A stretch of DNA of 64,000 bases from Nageia nagi (GCA_050084985.1 JBITNC010000001.1:134850001-134914000), one strand, 5' to 3'. Positions 37,401-51,352 are shown, counted from the stretch's first letter. The notes: generated by a model not told the origin, from the letters alone. Translations and numbers: made by a program.

Positions 37401-40400
37401 CTACCACCTTAGGAGTTTAGAAAACTAAGAATAAATTAGGTAGTGATCATAATACAAAATAAACAATGGGACCTGTCAATTTTATAAAAGAGTGAAATTT
37501 GATTTAGCTTTCTAATGATATTAATGAGGATTTATGGATTAACGATACTATACCACTTGAGTTTGATTGCTTTAATACTAATGATGATACCTTAGAATAC
37601 ATGGGGGTACATTCAAAATTACCTAAATCAAATGAGAAAAGGTAAAAAGTTCCATTCTTAGTGATTATGGGTATTTTGGATAGGAGGTGAAATTTAATGA
37701 AGTGTTTTAGGTTCAACAAGAGTATGATGATACATGTGATATTCAAGGATTGTACGAGTTACCATCATTATTACGATAAAAAGATGAATTGGCATTCTCA
37801 GTTGAGGAACTAGTAGATGTCAATATTGGGAGAAGTGACGAGGAAAAGTTGATCAAAGTTAGAGTTGCTCTTCCAACACCTCATCAAGAAAGGTACAAAA
37901 TAAATTTATTGAAAATCATAAGAATTTTGCCCGGTCTTATGTTGGTATACCTGGTTTAGATCCCTCTTTTGTTATGAATAATTTACCACTTAAGGAAAGG
38001 GCTAAACCAATTAAAAAAAAAACTAGAAAGATACATACTTCTAAGGCTTTGTTAGTCAAGAAAGAAATTAAAAAATATTTGAATGTTGGGTTCATTAAAC
38101 CAATTGATTACTCAGAATGGATGGCTAACATTGTTCTTGTTACAAAACCTACTAGAGAGATAAGAGTTAATACTGATTTTCATGATATTAATAATGCTTG
38201 TCCAAAAGATGATTTTCCATTACCAAATATTGATATGATTATGGATAGTATTGTTGGTCATGATACTTTTAACTTTTATGGATGGATTTTCAGGATATAA
38301 TCAAATTCTAATCAATTCGGCTAATCAACATAAGGCTACTTTTAGTAGACCTTGGGGAAATGTTTGTTGGAAGATTATGCCCTTTGGATTGAAAAATGTA
38401 GGTGCTACTTATCAAAGAGCTATGGTATCTATATTCCATGAGCATATTCATAAATTAGTGGAGGTGTATGTTGATGATATTTTGGTCAAATCAAAGTAAG
38501 GCCAAGACCATTTAGAGCTCCTTGAAGAGGCATTTCATATGTTTAAAAGGTAAAATCTTAGACTAAAACCTCAAAAGTGCACTTTTGGTGTTACTTCATG
38601 AAAGTATCTTGGTTTCATGATCTCAAAAAGGGATATTGAGGTGGATCCTAAGAAGGTAAAAGCCATAGTGAGAATGCCAACTCCAAGGAACCTTAAATAA
38701 CTAAGAAGTCTTCAAGGGAAGATAAATTTGGTAAGAAGATTCATTTCTCAACTTGGGGATAAATGTAGGCCATTTACTCATTTATTGAAAAAGGATTTCA
38801 AGTTTGTATGGGATGATAAGTGTCAAAAGGCATTTGAATATATAAAATAGCATTTACTAAATCCTCCTATCTTAGTACCCATGGATTTTGAAAAACTAAC
38901 ATATCTTTACATATCAGCCATATTATATGCCTTGGGGGCATTGTTATGTTAGAATGATGATGAAAATAAAGAGAGGGCAATATACTATCTTAGCAAATCT
39001 CTCATTGATTATGAAACAAAATACACACCCATGGAAAAACTTTGCTTTGGTATTATTTTTCCTATAGAAAAACTAAGGCATTATATTTTATATTACACTA
39101 CATATGTTATTAGCCCAGTTAACCCATTGAAATATCTTGTAGCAAAATAACATTTATCAAGAAGGGTGGCTAAGTAGTTGTTGTTATTGCAAGAGTTTGA
39201 CATTAATATGGTAAAGCAAAAATCTATGAAAGGATAGGCAATTGTAGACTTGATAGCCGAATTCCCTCATAACGATGCTACAATGATGCAAGAAAAATTC
39301 CCATATGAACATAATGTGGACTTGCTTTGTTAGTGATGTGCAACCACTGCTTGAGTGCTACCAATGACATGATGGTGAAGAGATAATGATCCTAAATGAG
39401 TTCATGTGCTACATGGAGGATAAACCTACAACTTGGAATTTGTATTTTAATGGATTGAAATGTACTTATGGAGTAGGGGCAAGTATTATTTTAGTGTCAC
39501 CTTCTAATGAGGTAATCCCTATGGCATATATACTTAGTTTTGAATGCACTAACAACATGGCATAATATGAGGCTCTAATTTTGGGATTGAAAGCAGCTTT
39601 GGTTTTGAAAATAAAGAATTTGGAAATATATGGTGATTCGTAGCTTTTTGTAAATCAAGTAATGATACATATAATACAAAGGATGAGAAATTGAAACCAT
39701 AGATGATAATGGTTTCTCAATTGCTTGAGGAATTTAAAAAGTATAGTATTCAGAATATTACAAGGACTAATAACAGGTATGCAAATGCAATGGCAAGTGT
39801 AGGCTCATTAGCACCAATTGAAATAGAAGATGAGGATACTATTCTCAAGATTAGACAACTTGGTACACCTTCTTACATTACTCAACTAGATGAGGTACAT
39901 ATATGCCTTATTTTCCTACAAGATGATCCTCAACAATGGTATGTTGATATTTACAATTATTTGAAAGATCAAATAGTTCCATCAAGTTTTGATAGAAATG
40001 AAAAAGTTAGATTAAAGAGGATAACTATAAAATATGTTATTATTGGTGAAATTTTGTATAAGAGGTCATTTGATAGTGCACTTTTGAGATGTATAACACA
40101 ATATGAAATAACAACAACATTAGAACAAGCACATGATGGGTTGTATAGAGGGCATTTCTTTACAAAAGCATTGTACACTAAGCTTTTACGGATTGGTTAC
40201 TATTATCCTACAATAGAGGAGGATTGTAAAAATCATATTAAGAATTGTTTATAATGTCAAAAACATGCAAATTTAGAAAAATAACCAACTCAAGAGTTGA
40301 ACTCCATAATTTCACCATGGTTATTTGGAACATGGGGCATAGACTGGATTAGACTTATTAATCCACATTCAAGGGAAGGTCACAAATTCATTATCACAAC

Positions 40401-42812
40401 TACAAAGTTTACCATAAAGTGGGTTGAGGCCATTTCGATGAAATCAGTAACACATGATAAAATCATTGCTTTCTTGATTGAAAACATCATTACACGGTTT
40501 GGAGTATCACAAAGGTTGATCATGGATAATGGGCAAAATTTCAAAGGTAAGGACATGAAAGCCTTTTGTAAAAAGTTTCATATTGCTCAAACATTTTCTT
40601 CAGTATATTATTCTCGAGGGAATGGTCAAGCAGAAGAATCAAATAAAACCATAAAGAGCATTTTGGTAGTTACATGGGATAAATACAAGGTAGATTGGTA
40701 TGAACAATTACCTTATGCACTTTGGGCATATAGAACAAGTATGAGAATAACCACTGGAGCAACACCATTTCATTAGTTTATGGAGATTAAGGTGTGGTAT
40801 CATTAGAGTTGGAGTTACCATATTTGAGAATTTCACTGCAAGGGGATATTTTATATAAAGAAGGAAAGAAAGCTAGATAACAACAGTTGGAAGCACTTGA
40901 TGAAGAAAGAATCAAGGTCATTAAGCATCAAAAGGCATATCATGCAAAGCTAAAGAGGGCATTTGGAAAGAAGATCAAATCAAAGAAGTTCAAAATAGTA
41001 GACTTGGAGTTGAAAGAAAATATCAACAAAACAACTACAAATGATGAAACAAAAGGAAAGTTTGAACCAAACTAGATAGCCCTAGTTATTATCATTGATG
41101 TAATAGGATCAAGAGCTTACAAGTTATCATCCATGGATGGCAAATAAGAACCAAAAATATTTAATACCATGCATCTTAAATGCTTCTTTGAGTAAAATAG
41201 AAGTTTTGTACCTTGCAAAACAATGCATATCTTACTCAAGGTACATGTATTTTATGTTCTATTTTCATTTTTGTAATTTCTTTGATTATTATGATGTTGT
41301 TAACGATGTGCATTACTATCTATACACCATCAGTAGCATGAAAAAAAATGAAATTATGATGAAAAATGAATGAAAAATTAAAAAGAAATATAATAAATCA
41401 TGGACATAAAAATGCTAGGTTATCGATAACCATTGATATGGCTAATGAGAGTTCACTCACTTAAAAGTTAAACTAATGATATAGCTGTGAGCAAGTTATT
41501 GACATTGATTCATCCATAATGGACAATACAACTTATTGTGTATCCACATGGTTTTTGCTTTGAACCATACAAAGCATAATGTCTCAGGGTCATAGACATA
41601 AAATGTATGACCACCAATAGCCATCTATATGGCCAATGAGAGTTTACTCACTTAAAAGGCAAATTGATGATGCAATTGTAATTAGATTGCTGACATTAAC
41701 ACATCATCAATGGACGATGCAACTCACTATGTATCCAAAACATCTTCATACAGGGTATATCGAAGACTTTTTATAGGTACCTACATCAAAAGAAGAAAGT
41801 CAAAAGAAGCATAATACATGTTGTTAATGAGATGCCACATTGTTTATATGTCATCATCGACATTCACATCAATAAACCTAAAGCTGAAATAAAAGGATCA
41901 CTTTTGTATCCATGCATGGGCATAAGAGCATTAGATTCCTAAGTATCAGAAACAATAGAATGACCAGATTCATGGTTGAATAGTGTAAGGGGAAAAAGGA
42001 TGTAGTTCTTTAGGTTTTATCTTGATTGCACCACTTAAGGAGCTTTCTTGGGGAAACCAAACCAAAAGGGGGCAATTAAGGACCCTCATCATCATCATCA
42101 AATGGCAATGTTGGATGGATATTTCAAAAAATTATTCTATACTTCTTCTTTGGATATGTAATCTCATTTCTTCAATAACAACTTCAAAGAGGAGAAAAAT
42201 GTAGATGCCTAAAAATAAATTATTATTTATTTAATAATTCATTTCATAGCATCAAGTAATATTTATTGTAAAGAGGGTTAAAATATACCCAAGTCGATGT
42301 AATGTACCATTATACAATGTAAAAGATATCGAATATCAAAAGAGACACCATAAACACTATAAAAGATAATGATCCCAAGGATCAAAAGGGATCAAAATGT
42401 TGCTATAAAAGAATATTTAAGGTAAAATAAATGAACTCATTTGATATCAAAGAAATATTAGTGAAACATGCAATATCATCTGATCCGAAAAAATAAAGGT
42501 ATTTTGTAACATCACCTTTTCATATATTTGCTATACCCTTCTTTCTGCTTTTGCACATTTCAATTTCTAGTTGTGGATTTGCATCTTTTACACCACTAGC
42601 AACATGCTCCTAGGTCGTTGGTGGTGTTCATTTATCATGGTTTATTACTACGATTAATGTATGATTCTTCTTGTCTCATTTGGATGTAGATATGATAAAG
42701 GTAAATTATTTATCATGTTTGTTTGATGCCATACTTTTTATATATGCTTAAATATTATATTATAGGTACATAATGAGTTGATTTATTACTTATGCATTAT
42801 TTTTAGTCTACA
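34419..42812 (+). mobile_element. Full-length decayed Ty3/gypsy Tat-clade retrotransposon (GAG-PR-RT-RH-aRH-INT)
   Basis: LTRs 34419-35026 and 42200-42812; TSD GATGT; PBS at 35030; PPT AAAGAGGAGAAAAA. Motifs: gag FPRSLKGDASQWFYNL; protease LVDNGS...LLLGRP; RT DGFSGYNQI, MPFGLKN, YVDD; extra RNase H at 39434-39800; integrase WGIDW...IMDNG...GNGQAE. Confidence 0.96.
41399..41740 (+). repeat. Diverged tandem duplication (period about 192 bp) in the 3' UTR of the Tat element
   Basis: CAT.GACATAAAA...ATATGGC.AATGAGAGTT.ACTCACTTAAAAG...AATGGAC.AT.CAACT...TGTATCCA occurs twice. Confidence 0.8.
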
Positions 42813-43112
42813 GATGTATTGTACTTTCCCAATTAATGATATTTCTTTTCTATCACACCATGTGGGACACATCCTACTATTTGGCTTCAAAGCTTATATA
42901 TAATCTTTTAGAAACCATTAGTGTTCACAGGTAACTCTACATATAAGGCTAAAAATGACTTTGTTCGAATGGTCACTTTATTCTCATACTTTTATATGAT
43001 CATGTGATCTTATTAGTAACTTTACATTATTTATTGAAAAATATTGATCAATATAACTAACCTCAAACCTCCATAATCTTATGTGTATATGGTTTGAAGC
43101 TAGATATTCGAA

Positions 43113-43430
43113 CACTACACTAAAGAAGGCCTTTTAGGAAGATTTTTAACCACCCTTAAAGGTATTTAAGATTGGTTATTTTAATGCCATCCATAATGGC
43201 GTTGTTAAAAAATCAACATTATGCAATGATGACTAAAAATTACCTTAGTTTATCACTATGATGATGGTTAAGAACACTTTCCAAGGGTATTTTAGGATAT
43301 TTATAAACCATCCTCTTAGTTCTTTTAGCGTAGTTATAAAATACTCTTCATAAGGCATCATAAAAAGTTCATAGCATTTCACACCTTGATTTATCACTAT
43401 GAGGGTGGTTTAAAACCATAGTCTTATGAT
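43113..43430 (+). mobile_element. CACTA-like transposon terminus with subterminal repeats
   Basis: Begins CACTACACTAAAGAAGG, followed by short repeats in both orientations (AACCACCCTTAA, AACCATCCTCTTA, TATGATGATGGTT, TATGAGGGTGGTT); the other end was not found. Confidence 0.5.
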
Positions 43431-46316
43431 GATCCTTCCACTAGAGGCATGATATGTGGACTGAGAAATAGTATGAACACATAGTGAGAAAAAGGGACCT
43501 TAATTGAATTAATAAATAGAATCCAAACAATAACATCTTAAGATCAAATGACTCTAAGGATTATAAAATCAAGGGCATAATTCCTTTGCATACAAGAATT
43601 ATTTGGTAGACTAATAAACTCTAGTTCCATTATCTTTGATACTTTACATGTTAATCTTTTCAAATATATAAAACTATATGCACATAAAAATATAATCATT
43701 GATGAATGTTCACCATAAAATTATCATTAGATGAATAGTTTATCATTGTTCATAACATATTACATTGATTGCACATTGGCCTTATCATTATGGTATTACA
43801 CATAGTTCATCATCTAAAGAATCATCATTGAAAACCACCATGTTCAAGGATATTATACAATAAAAAATCATTGATTATTAATATTCTTATATGTATTAAG
43901 CAAAAAATTTAACCATTATTTAACATCATACGAAAGAAACATACTTAGATATTTCATAATATCAAATTCTCTTCCTTACATGGTATATAGTATACCTCTA
44001 TACATTTTGGTGATAAGAACATGAAATAGGGCAATTTATCTTATTTTTAGCCTAAGATTAGTACTTCTAAACTAATATATTCTACCTTATGTTTATGAGG
44101 CTATGGACAAAGTTAATAGTTTTGATAAATATATATTTATAAATGATGATGAATTGATAAAAGTGATTAAATGAGTTTATTTTAATGTCTTGTTCATTAT
44201 TTGTAATTGTTATGTGTATTTTGAAGACTATTAAGCTTTCCAAGCTTTAGCATTGCTGACGCAACAACATTACGGATGCGATAATACTGTGGATGCAAGA
44301 GCACTACTGACATGACAATAGTCAACACTCAAGAGATGAAGGAAATCCCTATACACATGGAGCATTAAAAGGGGATTTGACCATATCTAATTGTGAACAT
44401 GTATTCCACTTATATTTTAGGAACCTCCCTACCCAACGAAAGAACAAATCTTGATTTATCATCTACAACAGTTGAAAATAGCTATGAGAGGATTGATTTG
44501 GATTATTCTTATGTTGATTCCGTGGAATTAGTAGAACATGCTTAAATTTGTCTTCTAATCTTATTCTAATGGTTTCTATATTATGATGTTTTCTATTCCG
44601 ACAATAAGCAACAACTATAAAGAGATGGTTGTTGATGTAATAAGAGGTTCAATTTTGGGTTAAGAATGAAGTTTTCTTTAGGTTAAAATATTGTTCTACA
44701 ACTTGTGAAGAGCACAAATGTGTTCAACCATGGTTGTAGATGGTCTATATGTATAGTTATGTTAGATAATATTTTTTTTTGAAATAAAAGATTTATTTCT
44801 CCATTATGTGTTATCTTTGGATTGCAAGATGTTGTAGATAATATCCATTTAACTATTTTGAAGTAAGATTATTTAGGGTAAGAAACTTTATATTGAACTA
44901 AGCTTGGCAAGGGCCTTCCAAGTTTAGCCAGTCCATAAAGCATCTTCCCCATAGAAGGTAGATTACTTTTTATTGATTATTTTAGATTTTTCTTTTCTTA
45001 TGCTTGTTAGTTTTGTATTTATGTATTAGAATTAATTGCATACTTGCATAGGACTTTATTTTAGTGATAGATGCTTGTTTTATTTCTTTTAATGATTTCT
45101 TGCTTTCATAGGAAAAGACCTTTTAGATTCTACAAAACTAATATTGATGGGCTCATATAGAGCATGCTTCTTTTAAATCATCCCTTGGATTGATAAGTAA
45201 ATGATAACACATTAGTCTTACTTTGAACATTAGTGAAGAGGAAATTAAACCCTACTTAGTTAGAGAACTAACTCCTCTTAGAACTAATCAATCCCTTCTT
45301 ATTAGACAGGTGAGAGGATCATTGATGGTAAAAATATGAAGATATAAGTGAAAAAAAGCTTATCACTTGGTAAGAGTCTTATTCATTGATATTATTGAAT
45401 AATCTTATCGTAGTTAAAAGAATCATATCATTATATAAAAATATCATACATATACATGGAACCCACTTGTTTATGTATATGGTTTGCATCTTTATGATCA
45501 CTTATTATATATTGAATCTTATCAAATAAGATGTTTTTACTATGCATTAAGAGATATTATTTTGAACTCAATATCACCATCTGATCTTCTCAATCTCTTA
45601 GTAACTTAAGAGGGACCATCTTCACTTGTTTTCCTTGACATTTCCTTAAAGAAGGTTGAAATAGATGAACAATTATTTTGAAAGAATTAAAGTTTTTTAT
45701 CATAAATTTTCAAACCTTAATAATTATAATCCAACATTTTATATCCATTATTACAATTTAATCCAAAAAAAAAAAATGATACCATCTTAACAACTAAATA
45801 ACCAACTATTATCTTCTAACTAATTACATTTAAATTTAATTTATTAATATTATTTTAAACATAAAAAATAATAAATCATAATCTAATGTTCATTTCATTT
45901 ATTATATATTTATTATTATTACTTAATTTCATTTTCTTATGTTATCTTAAACATAAAAAATAGAATAAAAAAATAAATCATAGCTTAAATTAAACGTTCA
46001 TTTTTTTATTATTATGAGAAATCATTCAAGGATTTCCTTAAGCTAAGCTGTCACAATTGGGTCCCACAAGGTCTAGCCTATCTCTACCATTATCCAAAAG
46101 TCTTTACAATTATGTCCACTTGTTAAAGGAGATAGAATTTACAAATATATCTATTTATGACTGAAAATACATTGAAAAATTTTAGCTACCCTCCACCCCA
46201 AGTTCTCTAACCTATTCATACAATTTATATTCATTTTACATCTACATGGCAATAAAAAAAAATGACTTCCCATTTGTGGGGGATGAAGATAAATTTCCCA
46301 AGGCTTCTCAACTAAT

Positions 46317-46363
46317 CCTGAGTATTAATTTTGACTATCCCTGAGTATTAATTTTGACTATCC
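46317..46363. repeat. 23-bp perfect tandem duplication
   Basis: CCTGAGTATTAATTTTGACTATC x2. Confidence 0.85.
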
Positions 46364-46582
46364 TTTCAGTCTATAATGGCGTACTGCAATCTCTGATAAT
46401 CTCATTCAAGATCCACACAGGGGTTATCTCAACCAGAATGAGCCTAAATCTATTTCTACACGTCTAATTTGGATCCTTCTGTGCTGCGTTTGCTACTGCT
46501 AACAAATTATGCGGTTGTATTGGTGATTGATTTAAATAGACTGAATGTAAAGACTTTAAGGAAGGAGGGGCAATGGACATAC

Positions 46583-46838
46583 CTCCGTTTAGCCAGAGAG
46601 TCAGAGGTTTGGAAGGGCCATCATTCTCCGCCTCTACGAAATAATAAAACAACGCCTTCTCTGTGCGCTCATCAATGGTCACGTACCCTCCATACTGTTT
46701 AAAATTTACTTTAGGCTGACCGGGCAGCGTCTCTATTAAATCCTCAACTGGGCCGGCAGAGCTTCTTCTCGCGGCGACAGTAATAGCAAGCATCAACACC
46801 CAGAACCATATGCGCAGTTTTGAGCTCATCAATTCCAT
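46583..46838 (-). CDS. SCPL42: Serine carboxypeptidase-like (S10, clade II, SCPL42-like) exon 1: signal peptide and N-terminus
   Basis: [23 protein letters not shown]...[25 protein letters not shown]...LFYYFVEAE...PLTLWLNG-G|gtatgt; 256 nt, phase 1. An alternative ATG lies at 46829. The symbol denotes closest recognised similarity, not proven orthology. Confidence 0.93.
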
Positions 46839-47310
46839 TTCACAACCAGTGATGATTTTTTGGCGATACGCGACCTTAGAACTGCCTGAAGGGTTCAATT
46901 TCAGCAGTAATACGAAATTGAAAGACTGAAAAAGGCAGATACGAACTAAGCCAAATCAAGTTAGCATCTCAAATTCCTCTTAGACCAACTTGTTTTTGTA
47001 TTTATCCGCTCATCTGTATTTCCTCTTCAAAATTTACGCAGTTATGTTCAACCACAAGAAAATAAAACGAATCTACAACTCCATCACAGTCAGATGGAAA
47101 AAACTTCCGTCAAACCATACTTTAAGCATATAATACTACGATCTAAAGATTAATCTTGACTGTTAAGCTTCGGGACTGCAAAACGCCCACGCAAAGTCCA
47201 GTTTAAAATTCTCGCATAGATGAATTTTCTACAAACGGAAGATTGTCTCCGTGATTTTGCGCCGTCAGATTTTGTAAAATCGAAACGATCGCAAGAGACA
47301 AATTATACGT
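46839..47310 (-). promoter_or_regulatory. Putative 5' UTR/promoter of the SCPL gene (CpG-retaining region)
   Basis: CpG is frequent from about 46460 to 47310, in contrast to the depleted flanks; position immediately upstream of the ATG. Confidence 0.55.
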
Positions 47311-47619
47311 AGTAAATGTGACTTATGTTGGGAGTAGTTGTTGAAAATTTTAGTGTGAGAAAGAAAATTTTAGTGTGAGAAAAATCTATGTAAAATTTGG
47401 ATATATATATATAATCTTTACATTTCATTAAAAAGGGTACGTATTCATTGTTCATTATTTTTGTACATTGGTATTCATAAAAAGGAAGGCATAACATTCT
47501 TTTTACGCCATATTTCTTAAAAAATCTATTATTGCATTTAGCTAAAAATTTATTGAAAAAACATAAACATATATGTTATTAGTTACTCAAGACTTCCACT
47601 ATTATGGCCTTAACTTTGT

Positions 47620-48570
47620 TTAATTGATTGGTCGTCTCATGGAAGGTTTGATTATTAAGCTTTTCAAAGTTCATCCTTAACTTCATGGGTTCTTGTAGCA
47701 TATTCAACTCCCACAAAATCCGGTGACTACTTGGGCTTTTTTTCTTTTCCACATCCTTTGGAGTTGTCTTCCGAGAAGTCCTTCATGTTGGTCATTAAGG
47801 TCACTTCTGAATCTTCTTCAACCTTGATCACTGCCTTTGGAGACTTCTTCCAAAGTTTGTTCTTCCTTGAAGAATTCTTCTCTTGATAGTTCTCATTTAG
47901 AACTCTTTTTATTTTCTTTTTTTAACTAATGTGAGCATAGAGTCCTCCAACTCCTCTAAAAAGCATTTCCCTTTTTATTTGTTTTCTTGGTTCAAACTCT
48001 TTTGGGTCACTATTCCATTCAAGGTTACATTGAGCATGCTTGCAAACAACCAGAAACAAACTTTGATGCAATGCTACCTTGGTATTGCCCTTTTGAAAAT
48101 ATTTTGTTGCCCTTTCCAACTCACTAAAGAGGAAGTGATGAATATTGATTCTCTTTCCCCATCTCAAATTGTTGAGAATCGCAAAATGGTACCCACACAC
48201 CTATGTGGTTTTTGTGTCCAAGGTAAAGTAGTTCATGACAGTGCAAACTACCTTTGGCCATAGCTAAGGTAAGGATTCCTACAGCATTGACTTATTGTCA
48301 CACCTTGGTTGCTCCCTCTTTGTAAAGAAGTCTAACTCTACTCTTAAGGGGTGTTTATCCTTACAAAATTTCACTCTATTGTCTGTCAAACTAGAGATTT
48401 CCTCTAGAATTGTTAGTGTGATCTCGAAGTCTAATTATCTAACAATCACGTTCCCATCCTTCCAACTAGATGTCATTTGATTCACCACCTCTAAATTGTA
48501 GCCTTCAAACAGGTTCAAAAAGTACCAATAGCTTGCCTTCTGTAGGCACTCCTTCACATCCTCCCCACCA
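47620..48570 (-). pseudogene. Decayed extra ORF ('ORF3') of the second LINE
   Basis: CLQKASYWYFLNLFEG...SWKDG...KHPLRVELDFF...ESLP*LWPKVVCTVMNYFTLD...CGYHFAILNNLRWGKRINIHHFLFSELER...GNTKVALHQSL in a single frame. Confidence 0.75.
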
Positions 48571-51352
48571 AAAGCTTAAATGGTTATGGATATAGATCCT
48601 TGTGATCTATTAAATAGCTTTATACAATTTCCATGGGTTCCATAAATCCTTTCTCAATAAATTTTCTAGCTAAGATAGCTTTATTTTCTATCTCCTCCAA
48701 AAGTAAATGCATGTCGAGGAAGGTGAGTGGGATTAAAATAGAAAATTCTTTGCCATCATTGTGTTCTTATATTTTATTTTTCCTTCCAACCTCTAACCAT
48801 GGGTGTTTCTAAATGCTTTCAAGGTTGGATCTTCACCACCTTAGTACTTGCCTCTCCATGAATCAATGTCGATTGATGATTTGCACATATAAGGCACAAA
48901 AACACTATTAGCTTGGATGCCAATATAGTATTTCATGTTAGTGGATGATTCTAAAATGATAGTCCATGTGAATTCCTCTCACAAGAAGTCTTCTCATATT
49001 GATTTCAATTTTGGTTATCCCCCCTACTCCTCCCATTTGAGAAAACATCTCTCTTTTTCCACCTCTTATGATATACCTATATGAAACCTCTTTTCTCTAT
49101 GAGTATTTTACTTATATTCATTGGAGATTATAATTTGTATATTTTTTGAGAGAGCTCCTTCCCATACTTGGTCTTCCTAAGCCTTAAACCCTAGATTAGC
49201 CAATCCTTTTGTTGCTTTGTTTGCCTCCTTGTATACATGTTGGATAGTGACAACTTCTAATGGACTTAAAATCTCCTTCACCTCTTCCATTGAAACAACA
49301 ATCATACATTTGGGTTGTTCTCCTTTGAGGTTACTTATTATATTCTTTGAATCTCCTTCAATCGCCAGGTGATTCAAATCTTTCTACTTTGTTACAAGGA
49401 TTCCTTTATGGGCTATCTTTGATTTTGCAAAGTGACTAGATTGGATGTTAATGGGCTCAACAAAGGCTATTATCATCCTCCTTGAATAATCTCATATCAA
49501 ACCTCCTATCTTTGCTTGACTTTGATTACCTTTTGAAGCTCTATCAAAAATTAATTTGAAACTTGTTGATGGAGAAGGGATCCATTGCAAATAATACATT
49601 GAATGAGGTAAAGGATTAGGCAAACTTCTCTTTAACCCCCATATCACTAGGATACTTCTCTCTAAATATGATTCCCAATCTCCTTTAAAGGTAATAATGT
49701 TAAAGTTCTTAAGGAGGAGGCTTGAGATTTTGGTCCAAGTGATATCCTATCCTACTTGCTTCTTTTTGAAAATCATATTATTAATTTCTTTCTAGATACA
49801 CCATAGGGTATGAGAAAAACTTAAACTCCATAGTTTATTTATCATTTCCAAATACTATTATAATAAGGGAAATTAAAGAACATATGGTTTACATCTTCCT
49901 TTTGCTTCTCATAAAGCACACATATATTAGGGAAGGAAAAACCTCGCTTCTACAAATTATCTAAGGTGAGAATCTTGTTGTGCATCACTAACCATTGAAA
50001 AATGGCTACTTTTGGGATGATATTTTTATTCTAAAATCTTGGAGCAAGTTGCCAAGATATTCTTGCTCCTTTTATTGCACAAAACCCATAATTAATTGAA
50101 TAATCATTAGTTTTATCCCTTGGTCAAATAAAATTATCCCTTGGTCATAGGGAGATAAGGGTATAGGCCTTAATAAGAAGTTAGAGGGTTTGAAACTAAC
50201 CGTAAAAAATTCATAGGAGCTTCATAATTAAGATCTTTCCATTTCCTTCCTTCAATAGACTTAGCTAACTAGTCTGTGACTTTATTCCCAAACACAAATT
50301 CAAGGAAACACTTCAAATCTACAAAAAAGGAACCTCTGATAATAGTTTCTCCAAAAGCTATTTATCATACTAAAACTTAACCTTTGTTCCATATCATATT
50401 TACCATCTGACACCTTTGAGAATGATTGATTTTATAACTTGAAGATTATTCCAAAAGTATGAGCCACTTGGGGCATTTTCATTCCCTAGGAAAGAGGAGT
50501 TCCTCAAATACTTAGCTTCAAGGATACTTTCCTAAGGTACATCTTCGTTCTTAGATAACTTCTACCCCAACTTTCCCATAAGAGAAAGATTAATTCATTT
50601 CAACTTTCTCAGCCCTCTTAAATATTAATAAGAACTAAACTGAGATACTTTTCAAAGAAGATTTGATCAATTAATATTTCCCATCTTAACTAAGTAAAGC
50701 TCCTTTCTAAGCTAAAATTTTCCTTGCTATCCTTTCAATAACAAGATTTCAAAACTCTTCCTCCATCCTTCCTTTGAACAGAGGCATCACTATGTAGGTT
50801 TCTAGGAAATCTTCAATACCATAAATAATTATTCTAGTCACCTCCACCTGAACTACAAGGAGGGTATTCAAAAAGATAAGCTTGCTTTTATTTAAGTTAC
50901 TTTCTAGCTCATCAAATTCTCATATAAATCTAAAATTTATCTAATTTGATGGAGTTCATGAATATAAGACCTTGTAGAAATTATAGTATCATCTATAAAT
51001 TGTTGAAAGGTGACATGATGAAGAGTTGAAGTAGGCTTTATATCAATTGAGGATCCCCTTAGTGCAACCATTTTTTACTAGGAAAGTAACCTATTGTAGG
51101 TCCATTAACCAAGATTAAGAACATAACAGAATAGATGCATGATTTAATTAAAAGAATCCACTCAAGTGAAAATCAAATTGGTTCATCACTTATAAGAGAA
51201 ATTTTTAAGAGACCCGATCATAGGCCTTATTCATATCTAACTTCAAAAGCATACCTTCCTTTTGAGAGCTTATCCCTGAATATATAATTTCATGGATTGA
51301 AATTATGTCATCTACAATTTGACACCCTTGAACATAAAAAATTTTATGTTGA

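Larger units (their letters stand above)
12719..46582 (-). other. Intron 1 of the SCPL gene, 33,864 bp, filled with transposable elements
   Basis: GT at 46582-46581 and AG at 12720-12719; phase-1 junction G|GT splits the conserved NGGPG motif. Confidence 0.85.

Noticed and set aside
44300-44760. CACTA transposase remnant next to the CACTA-like end
   Set aside because: Only a vague resemblance; no motif could be read convincingly.
46464-46898. The 144-aa ORF as a complete protein
   Set aside because: It starts at a non-ATG codon upstream of the likely ATG and reads through the splice donor at 46582 into the intron.
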